Below are positions 53,583 to 64,000 of a DNA stretch of 64,000 nt, piece by piece. Positions within the stretch are counted from its first letter, which is position 1. Each line of letters begins with the position of its first letter. The notes beneath the pieces are model-generated. The model was given only the letters and a program-made list of their open reading frames with translations, ran no database searches and was not told the origin of the DNA. The position numbers and the translations under genes were made by a program. Origin of the DNA: Octopus vulgaris (taxonomy: Eukaryota); contig OX597819.1 in NCBI GenBank assembly GCA_951406725.2, positions 116,622,001-116,686,000 of the forward strand, written 5' to 3'.

Positions 53583-53941
53583 CCATTATATATGCATTAA
53601 TATGACAGACGCGGCATAACACCGGTGTCATGGTGTCATGGCAAAGAAAATAAACTACAAACTGATTGCGTATTACACGATTCAGCCGAGTAGAGTAGTG
53701 TTTATATTTTCAAATACAAATAACTTAGATAAATTTTAAATCAGAAGAATCAAAAATGAATACCACAAACATTTGAGTTTACCTTTCATTTTCTTTTTTC
53801 CAATATCATTAGAGTATATACTAAAAGTCATTTACTATGATTAGTTCACCTGAATATATTCTATTCGTTTGTCATTTCAGTCCATTGTAATAAAAAAAAA
53901 TGCAAAATTAATGATTCAAATATATCAAAGAATAGAAATTG

Positions 53942-54006
<65 letters not shown>

Positions 54007-56361
54007 ATGTGCTTGTTCACCTTTCTCGGTGAGTTTCACTGAGCTGAGTTGAAACTAAACGAAAAAAAGTGTAATAGTTGCTAGAATTCAAATTTATATG
54101 CATTATAGTCAAATTCACATCTTCACCGCAGACAAGTAAAGTAATTAGCTATATTAAGTCACGCGACATTTGTATATGGCAAGATGTAATCGTGTCTGAT
54201 TATGACGGGCCGCATCGCGTGGTGTCCTTTAATTAGAAAAAATAATAAACCTGATAATTGCTATAGAATTTAAATGAAAGAATATTAAAACATGTGTTAA
54301 TGTGTGAACAATAGTATGGGAGCTAAGATAAAGAGAGGTCAACAAAGAGAAGGAGACAGGCAGACCACCCAAAATGAAATAGTGAAAGGCGGTGTAGCAT
54401 TGAAGTAATGTTTTAATGACCAGGTTAAAAGTGCATAGGAAACGTAATTCGAAATCTCAAACGTTACTTTATCCCGCGTTAAACATCAAATTACTAATCA
54501 CCGCTTGATATTCGCTACATGACCAAAATTCAAGAAGAAATCCGAATTTTTTTGTTTCCCCATTCATACTGTGAATATTATTATATATATATATTCTAAA
54601 AGTACAGATAAAAAATTAGTTTTCGTACCTTAATTAAGCATCACCATAAATTTATGTTAAGTAATTGGACGCTGATACATTAAGCTGTTCTCAGAGGACA
54701 GTAGAGGTTTGAAATATATTCATGGCCTAGAATGAAATCTATCTCCGACAATGCTCTCCGGATATTTACCTAGATGATTAACATTTTCAAAATAATATCA
54801 TTAACCGCTGTAACCCTAAAGCAACATATAGGCTCTTAATGATTCTAGTGCGTGATCTGAGTGAAGACATTTCCTATCATATGAAACACCAATGCCTGTC
54901 AGGAATAAAACAATCAATATCACACTTGACGTTTTCCATTGTAAGGAATAACACAATCCTGCGCCATGTCAAAACAAGTCAATTTCGATGTAAGTTCCTT
55001 TCTTCTGAGACATAAAATTTCCGTCTCAACGACACCGTTCTTTCTGCATTGACGCATTAAACGATTTTCACTAGCGAAAAGAAATAACCCTTAATTTGAG
55101 AAGAGTAACGTGCTGGTAAGAATTCAGTGAATGAGAAAAGACTTCTACTTAATTTTAAAATCTGGTCGAAAACAATTTCAAATTCTTATATTAGTAGATC
55201 ATTCAAGAGAAATGGAGAGTAACGAGAGGAGAGAGTAGGAGAGGCAGAGAGAGAGTGTGGGAGGCGGAGAGAGAGGGGGTGAAAGTGGGAGAGAGAGACC
55301 AGGGTGCAATGTCTCACGTCTTTTAAAAAATCTGTCATTATTCAATGTAATAATCTCAATTTAATCTAGATTATTTCATTTCGCTGTGACAAATGTCAGA
55401 ATCAAGTGTGTTAGGATATAGACACGGCCGAGGAGAAATTATCCACACTGTCATACTAAGCCTTACAATTCACTATATATCTGGAGTATGCAATTAGTTA
55501 CCAAGCTAAGACGGAGGCATGATACAATAGAAGAAGCATATATTTGAATTGCAACTAGTTTTTCAACTGACCAATTGTGTGGCAACGGATTGTTCGAACA
55601 GAGCTGACCCCGTACTGCATAACAGCAATTTTACTTGCGTTTATATATTAATATTGGGTATTGTGTATTTTTATGGTGCTAAATGGACTACATTTAAGTA
55701 ATGCGTTGATGGATTGACAAAAACAATTATATCCATGGAATCGCTTTGAATATCAAATATTCTCCTTTTCATTGGAACTTCAATGGCATATTTTACGTCC
55801 TAGAAAGCCTTAAGCTGAATAACAGGAAACTGCATTGGCTTAATGTTAAAATGCAGATAATACGGATTTTCTAACATCAGATTATTTGCTTTACTTTCAC
55901 ACGTCGTTCAATAATGATTTTCAGATAGCTATCTACTTCAATTTCCAAATCTAAATATTAGCAGATTAAAACGTCACGTTTAGAAAACCAATAGATTTCG
56001 GAAGATAAATATTTTCGCGTAAACTCACATGCCTTAATGGCCTAAAAACAACTGTGTAAACCTAGTAGTTTTTCCCAAAATGCTTGATCAGATATTAACT
56101 TAACATTGGTGGCATAGCATTACTAATGGATGTAGTTTGAAGAGTAATTATCATTTTAGCATATCAGATGTTTAGAAATTCTGATGTGTTATATCATTTT
56201 CATATTTTAGCAGGAGTTTTCAGTAAATGCATTTTCATTCCAATGCTGAAAGACGCTTGCATTTATACGTATACAAAAAACACACACAAACATAGTTTAT
56301 ACACACACACACACGCATACATATATATACACACATCTATGTATAATTGTATACGTGTATA

Positions 56362-56424
<63 letters not shown>

Positions 56425-56859
56425 ATATATATATATATACATGTATGTATATATGTACATCTGTGTATATAAGTATATGTATATGAATATATATATATAT
56501 ACATATACATATATATATATATGCATATATGGGTGCTGAGAAACGAATGGAAAGTAGAACAAGTAGTATTTAAGAACGACCCTTCATCAGTTGTCAGCTC
56601 TCCATCTACTCCTCATCTCGACCATATACAAATATATATATAAGCATATATGTATACACATACATATATATCCACATATATATTATTTGAATATAAATAT
56701 CTACAGACCGAGAGAGTTTGATAAGCAGATAGATAGGTAGAGGTAGAAAAGTTGCATGAGCATGTAGGTTTGAGTATGTAATATCCGTGATTACAATATA
56801 TTAAAACTGTGTTGTAAAATTATTTCTATTTTAAAACAGGAATGGCTTTGTAATAATAA

Positions 56860-57074
56860 GCTTTCCTACTATAGGCATACATCCTGAAACTTGTGGGGAG
56901 GGTACTAGTCTATTACATCGACCAAGTGTTCTACTGGCAGTTAGTTTATCGACCCCCGAAAGGATAAAATACAAAGTTGCATCGGTAGGTTCTGAACTAA
57001 CTACGTAGCGATGGACGAAATACCAATAAGAATTTTACCCTGTGTGATAACAATTGTGCCGACTCGCCGCCTTA
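56860..57074 (-). mobile_element. SINE family A, diverged monomer
   Basis: tttatcgacccccgaaaggataaa..actcgccgcctt. Confidence 0.8.
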
Positions 57075-57126
57075 TATTTGAAATAATAAGTAATGGAATT
57101 TGAATTCATATTAATGCTACTGGAAT

Positions 57127-57522
57127 TGATGCTGTAAGCTGGCAGAATGGTTAACACGCCGGGCGAAATAAATAATGGTATTTCGTCCGCCGCTACGTTC
57201 TGTGTTCAAATTCCGCCGAGGTCGACTTTACCTTTCATCCTTTCGGGATCGATTAAGTAAGTACCAGTTACGCACTGGGGTCGATATAATCTGTCCTTGT
57301 TTGTCTGTCCTTGTTTGTCCTCTCTTTGTTTAGCCCCTTATGGTTAGTAAAGAAATAGGTATTTCGACTACCGTTACGTTCAGAATTCAAATACCGCCGG
57401 GGTCGACTTTGCCTTTTATTCCTTCGGGGTCGATAAATTAAAATACCAGTTGAGTACTGGGGTCAATGTAATCGACTATCCTCCTCCCCCAAACTTCAGG
57501 CCTCGTGCATTATTTTAGAAGG
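57127..57522 (+). mobile_element. SINE family A composite (LINE-tailed unit plus normal-tailed unit)
   Basis: Junction aagaaata/ggtatttcg at ~57357; flanking 17-bp repeat attaatgctact(g/a)gaat at 57110-57126 and 57523-57539. Confidence 0.85.
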
Positions 57523-57719
57523 ATTAATGCTACTAGAATATGATAATTTAATCTACACATTGAAATGCATGATGTGGAATAAATCATAATCTTACAAATT
57601 TATATGAAGATGGTGCCTGAGGAAAACCAAACTCTGTTCCTTATTATTGCATGTTCATGTGGTAAAAAATTGTCTAATGGTGACAGTGCAATTTCTAACG
57701 AAAACAAGCTGGAGTAAAA

Positions 57720-58175
57720 GAGAGAATGCCGTACAGATATACTGCAGTCACTTTTAAGATGATTATTCATCAGTTGTTGAAATAACGTCTAAAACTATAA
57801 TCAACGAGTAAATTTTATCGAGCAGCAAAATCAAGTTTGTTGTGACCTGCAGAGGAGCACACACTATAATGACAGCATATGTACAAGATGATGAATTACC
57901 AGTCTTGCTATATACAATCTGTAATGAACATTTTTTGGCAGGGCCTCATCTTCAAAAGCGATGCCATGCATTATGCAAATATCATTTGCATGGAGTCTAT
58001 CCTAGTGGAATAACTTTTGCAGTTGATCGAACGCGATATACATATGGATGATGCTAAGATCCCTGAAGCTGTGATGCTAAGTGAAGTGAAATGTGGAAGG
58101 TGTCGAAGAGGCCGCCTGAAAGTTTGTCATAATAATGGCATCATGCGACATCTAAGTGAAGCGAGTGATTTGATT
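57720..58175 (+). mobile_element. Decayed RTE-clade LINE C-terminal region
   Basis: MNIFWQGLI..MHYANIICMESIL..IHMDDAKIPEAVMLSEVKCGRCRRGRLK resembles the RTE RMDDxRIPK..RxRGRPK motif. Confidence 0.65.
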
Positions 58176-58236
58176 GTTATGTAGAGGAATACAAGTGCAA
58201 ACATTATATATATGTATGTGTATATATATATATGTG

Positions 58237-58332
<96 letters not shown>

Positions 58333-58350
58333 GATATGTATATGTATATG

Positions 58351-58401
<51 letters not shown>

Positions 58402-58420
58402 GTATATAGATATGTATATG

Positions 58421-58457
<37 letters not shown>

Positions 58458-58462
<5 letters not shown>

Positions 58463-58640
58463 GACAAATTCCTTCAAACAGTCCCAGACAAACCACCCAC
58501 ACCCGGATATGTCTTCGCAAACAATAAATCTCTGCTCGAATGGGCCTCAGTGCCCAAATCCTGAATTGAAAAACTTCGCCAGGTGGTGCTATTAAGTTAG
58601 ACATGGCCTGGGCCAATACTGGCCAAACCATTTCTAAGTT
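58458..58640 (+). mobile_element. CR1-group LINE 3' end (same family as 37590-37950)
   Basis: [29 protein letters not shown]; ggtggtgctattaagttagacatggcctgg. Confidence 0.75.
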
Positions 58641-58648
58641 ATTCTAAG

Positions 58649-58702
<54 letters not shown>

Positions 58703-58709
58703 TTATATC

Positions 58710-59110
58710 TGTCACAAACTGCAAACTGCGTGATCTCGGAATAGGCGGAAACTTTGGAGATTGGCTGCACAGCTTCCTAAAAGATAAAAGGCAAGCAGTG
58801 GTGGACAATGGAGCCATCTCTAAGGAAACACAAATAACAAGTGGTGTTTCACAGGGCACTGTCTTGGGGCGACTGCCGTTCATAGTGGCCCTTTCAGACA
58901 TGCCCTCAGTTGCTAAGATGGCCACCCTTGCTAGCTATGCAGATGACCCAAAAGTCTCTCAGACAATACGAAACCCTTGAAATATTGCACATCAGGTAGG
59001 CTGAGGACAACAAAATGCAGTTTAATACAGGGAAGTTGCAAGCTCTGCGCTACCGGCGCACAAAGGTGAACGACATGCAGATCGGATACACTGGCCCGGG
59101 AAGAACTGTA
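58710..59110 (+). mobile_element. CR1-group RT fragment
   Basis: KLRDLGIGGNFGDWLHSFLKDKRQAVVDNG..SGVSQGTVLGRLPF..SYADDPK. Confidence 0.85.
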
Positions 59111-59663
59111 ACCGACTTTCATGCGTAGTTGTGTCTATTGCTCCGCCAACGCTTTGGGGGCAAATTACATTGGCACTTTCCGTATGCACACATCCTCTGT
59201 TAAAATAGATTGCATTGATCATGTGCTCATTCTCACTTCGTAAGCTATTTCCTGGATTGTTACATGAAGGTTTTCCATGACTATTCGACGAGCTTTCTGA
59301 ATCGGTTCCTCGTTTCGGCTTGTGGTTGACCTGTCTGACAGTACATTGCTCTCTACTATGAGGCAGCCATTTCTGAAACGGTCATCATCGTCAAGCCCAC
59401 AGGATTTTCAGAATGGTTTGAGTTGGAGCAACACGAATCTCTTGGCAGAACTGCAATATATCTGCTTGATGCCTTCGGTGAATACGGAGACCCAACAATC
59501 GCGCTCTAGAAATCTATTCTTCAGGTGGAATCTGACGCAGCCTAGAGGCTCAAAATGTTTCATCCAAACGCAAGAAGATTGGCGTCACTCCCACTTACAA
59601 TGTTTTGCCAACGCAGCATTAGTTTATCGGAAAATTTCGGATATTTTTGAGACACAACTCGTA
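59110..59663 (-). mobile_element. Mariner transposon 5' half (TIR plus HTH region), decayed
   Basis: Minus-strand start tacgagttgtgtctcaaaaatatccg; RSTTSRNEEPIQKARRIVMENLHVTIQEIAYEVRMS..SILTEDVCIRKV..FAPKAL. Confidence 0.75.
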
Positions 59664-59674
59664 TACACAACTCG

Positions 59675-59728
<54 letters not shown>

Positions 59729-60455
59729 TACATACACATGTGCGTGTCCAAGCGTGTGTATCTCTTGTTGTTGGTATCTGTTTCTGTGTGACAATATTTG
59801 ACTGTTGATGTAGGATGTAGTATAGGGAAGTATTTGGAGAAACGAAACGATTATAAATTGATTGATAGATTACATTACCATAAATATTATATGGCTTGAA
59901 TCTTTAGTATAGAAATGATCTCTATTAAAAATCATTCTATATTAATGCGTTGTAAAAGTGCATGAAGGAAAACCATTCAGCGTAGTGGTCATTGATAAGT
60001 TGATAAATTGATAAAATGATTAATGAAAAACATTCTCAGCGCTTAATACTATTGATTCATAGAATTGTGAACGTGTTATTGTATTTCGGCTAAATTCGTA
60101 AATTTAATTGAGTATACAATAGCACTACAGTGAGCAAGTACTTCCTCTTGTAGGATATCTGCCAGATGATCTTTTAACCTTTTGAATATTGGAAGGGAGA
60201 TTCTATTTATTAAATGTTTATCTCGTCGTCTAATCCTCCTCTTCTATAAAGTTCTCGCCTTTGGTGCTCTTGAATATTATTTATGCAAAAATATTAGGAA
60301 ATATCTCATACTTACAAATATGTGAATACAGCCAAGAGCCATGCATACATATATTCTTACAAAGATATGATGGTATACGTACAAGTGTATATATATATAT
60401 ATTTATATGTATGTATGTGTGTGTCTGTGTGTCCGTGTGTGTATCTCTCTCTCTC

Positions 60456-60501
<46 letters not shown>

Positions 60502-62096
60502 TTTGTATGTGCATATGAATACACACACACATATTTATATATATATATTCATATGTGTATGGATGTATTTCTCCATAAATGTATATGTGGTCGTTCACGA
60601 CACACGCAAACAAGAAAACACACGTATATGAATGTATGAGCTTGCTTGTATATGATTATATCGAAGATTACATGTATTATTATAAGGTTTCAAGTATTAA
60701 CATTGTTTTCCAATCTCCTCATCTTTATTTGGCTCTCTTTCTCATCTTCTAACCTCTCTCTCTCTGTCTCTGTCTCTCTCTTGTTTCTCTCATATATCTG
60801 CATATGTGTCCTTCTGAATATGTGTCTATATTTGTGTGTATGTTTCCGTGTGCATGTGTGTGCGTATGAAGGTATGATCGGTCTGTTACAGAGGCACACA
60901 AAAACGCATATACACACGTATGCATGTATGTATATTTGTTTACCTATCTATCTATCTGTCTATCTATCATCTCTCTCTCTGTCTCTCTGTCTCTCTGCAT
61001 CTATCTATCTATCTCTTTCTTCCTCTCTCTCGTTTTATATATATATATATATATATATTCATATATGCTTGGGTATATATATATATAGGTATATATAAAT
61101 TACATCTCTTATACACATATATAATATATATATATATATATCTTTTATAGATATAATACATATATATATTTATATATAAGAATGTATGTGTATATATATG
61201 TATATATATATATTCACATACACACACAGACACACACACACAGACACACACACATACACACACAGACACACACACACACATATATATACATATACATAAT
61301 ATACATACCTACACATATATACATACAGCCACCCACACACATACATTGCGTGCATGCATATGCCATTGCGTATGTTGGTATATTTGTCTATGTGTGAATA
61401 TACGTGTATTCATATGTTGTTAGTTTATCATTTATATCCCTATTTGTGTATTGTTTATGCATTCAATCGAGATCTCTGCATACACAATTATACAGCGAAA
61501 TGTATTATTTAATCACACTTGTAAATATTTGCAAATTTCTTCTGAACTCTGACCTCAAAGTAATTACTTAGACGCTACATTGCACGGCATACATAATTTT
61601 ACAAATATCTGATACTTGTTAAATACGTCCCCCGCCTCCTGTTTGTCTAACACTTCGTTCCGTTACAATATTCCTAAACTGGATATCCAAAGGTTGAATG
61701 TTAATATTGACAGCAATTGTAAGGGTCTTACTTGTAGTTATGTACACGTTCCACTTATACGCCGTGACCTCTTCAGAGGCGTTTCTCATTGTTCTTACAT
61801 TAGTTTGTGATCGATGCTACCAGAGTTAATTAGGCAGAAATACATTTTGAACTGAATAAGACTTCGCTCTGTTCTGTTATTCTGTCTGAAATGACTTTCT
61901 TTTGGAGTATTTGGAATAATATTAAGAAATACATCGTCAAAGGAAATGGTGATAGAATACGGCTAAACTCATTAAGCGCATTACTTTTGGTGGTGAGATT
62001 TCTCTTTAACGATTTTACACGGTATTAAGATATCAGTGAAATATACATGTATGGATGAATGTATTTATACGCATTCACACACATATGTATGCGCAT

Positions 62097-62312
62097 ACTC
62101 TTTTACTCTTTTATGTGTTTCAGTCATTTGACTGTGGCCATGCTGGAGCACCGCCTTTAGGCGAGCAAATCGACCCCATGTCTTATTCTTTGTAAGCCTT
62201 ATTCTATCGGTATCTTTTGCCGAACCGCCAGGTTACGGGGACGTAAACACACCAGCATCGGTTGTCAAGCGATGTTGGGTGGACAAACACAGACACACAA
62301 ACATATACACAC

Positions 62313-62367
<55 letters not shown>

Positions 62368-62531
62368 TACGACGGGCTTCTTTCAGTTTCCGTCTATCAA
62401 ATCCACTCAGGGCTTTGGTCGGCCAGAGGCTATAGCAGAAGATACTTGAGCAAGGTGCCACGCAGTGGGACTGAACCCGGTACCATGTGGTTGGTAAGCA
62501 AGCTACTTACCACACAGTCACTCCTACGCCT
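62097..62531 (-). mobile_element. SINE family B, full length, young
   Basis: Head aggcgtaggagtgactgtgtggtaagtagcttgcttacc..gggttcagtccc; tail gagtaaaagagt. Confidence 0.9.
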
Positions 62532-62611
62532 ATATATTAGAACACATGTGCATACACACGCATACACATATATATGTATATAATGTATCTAACTATCTAT
62601 CTATCTATCTA

Positions 62612-62718
<107 letters not shown>

Positions 62719-62761
62719 TTATTCATGTGTATGCACATATATATGAATATATATGTAAATA

Positions 62762-62796
<35 letters not shown>

Positions 62797-62803
<7 letters not shown>

Positions 62804-63032
62804 GGTTGTATACTGTCAATCTAACAAGAACGTGACAGTAGGGGGTACACCACCGTTATATAGCCCTAGGAGGCATCGAACGCCTCCTGACAGCTTCCAC
62901 ACATTTTATCCTGTGTCCTTATATACACATATAAGCTGTCAGGAGGCGTTCGATGCCTCCTAGGGCTATATAACGGTGGTGTACCCCCTACTGTCACGTT
63001 CTTGTTAGATTGACAGTATACAACCATTATAT
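62797..63032. repeat. Perfect 100-bp inverted repeat with 36-nt spacer, (TA)n-bounded
   Basis: 62797-62896 is the exact reverse complement of 62933-63032 by eye. Confidence 0.95.
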
Positions 63033-63082
63033 CGCTCCACCACCGTACACCTTTCTACGAGAGATTTAGAAACTCAGTATTT

Positions 63083-63132
<50 letters not shown>

Positions 63133-63239
63133 AGTATATATATTTATGTATGGATGAATGTTTGTATGAATGTTCGCTTCGGTTTTTTTAATTAAGAATA
63201 CTGACCTTCTTCGTTATACTGCAGTGAATGAATGCGTCT

Positions 63240-63690
63240 TGCTGTGTTAATCATTTTAAATTATTAAGATGGTTTTGTAGATGTTTACATCGGCGAACAC
63301 TTGTAGCGTCTGAATTAAGGTGTTGCGGTTCAGCCCTATTTTGTTCCACACGGGTCGGAGCATATCCTTTTTCTCCAATAATAATATATATGAACCTGAT
63401 AGTGTATCTTTGGTACGTGTCTTGCAAACTCTTCTCTATGGTGCATAGATGTCCTCTTTGTCATGTATTTTTCTAACAATATTGGGGTTCAAAATTGAGG
63501 TGATTTCCACAACGGAGAGTATTTTTTCCTTGTGATTCCACACAGTTATGTGGTCAGTTGTATTTCAACTTAGTGACTTAATGAAAGCTTTAATTTTTAA
63601 GTTCCACGAATATTTTTTTGAACCATTGGTCTCAATATAGTCAAGTTCATGTTTTGCTTATTTTTTTTCTTAACCTCTTCCACGCTGTTT
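63240..63690 (-). mobile_element. Decayed RLE-type LINE endonuclease region
   Basis: EYSWNLKIK..ITVWNHKEKILSVVEITSILNPNIVRKIHDKEDIYAP..YTIRFIYIIIGEKGYAP. Confidence 0.6.
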
Positions 63691-63699
63691 CAGTATGAA

Positions 63700-64000
63700 T
63701 GACGTTATTATCTGCAAGTCAGACCAAGAGGACACACTCAGTCTGAATCTTGATTGTTCGATCAGCGGTGTTCGATAAACTCAGTTGTTAATAAAGCTGA
63801 AATCACAGAAGTGCTCCCACAAAATAAAATTGAAAATGAAAATTACATCGGTATATGCGACGGCAATTTTAAAATCTGTCATCTTTGTGACAAATTGTTA
63901 AAAATAAATCCACTAAGTTGACTGGCCATATATAAGGGCTGAAAACCAAATGAACACCATAATCAATAAATTGGAGAATACTGACGAATTGTGGAGCAGT
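63700..64000 (+). mobile_element. Penelope-like GIY-YIG endonuclease remnant (runs off the window)
   Basis: DCSISGV/INSVVNKAEITE..ENYIGICDGNFKI..LAIY..SINWRIL. Confidence 0.65.

Noticed and set aside
56560-56610. Minus-strand ctgatgaaggg fragment between (TA)n tracts
   Set aside because: No downstream stem II/GAAA; at most a truncated pLTR remnant.

Overview
AT-rich, microsatellite-dense eukaryotic DNA, intergenic or intronic. The SINE families suggest an octopus (inference from remembered repeat sequences, not from a search). I found no intact host protein-coding exon or RNA gene, and most long ORFs in the track are translations of (TA)n, (CA)n or (TTA)n. The window is a mosaic of decayed transposons: at least four tRNA-derived SINE families, CR1-type, RTE, Dong/R4 and HERO-type LINE fragments, Penelope-like GIY-YIG fragments, two non-autonomous Helitrons and a mariner piece. 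Three signals stand out. (1) About a dozen fold-back inverted repeats sit mostly in (TA)n tracts, and several short elements carry minimal type I hammerhead ribozyme folds typical of Penelope pseudo-LTRs; one has a compensatory G3-C8 core. (2) A Nin-domain SINE variant with a LINE-like tail appears to insert repeatedly into the same site of its own tRNA-like head, building TSD-flanked arrays. (3) A 2.2-kb ORF1-only Tx1/L1-like element is inserted with a 15-bp TSD into the tRNA-like head of a second SINE. All calls were made by eye, and coordinates of decayed elements are approximate.
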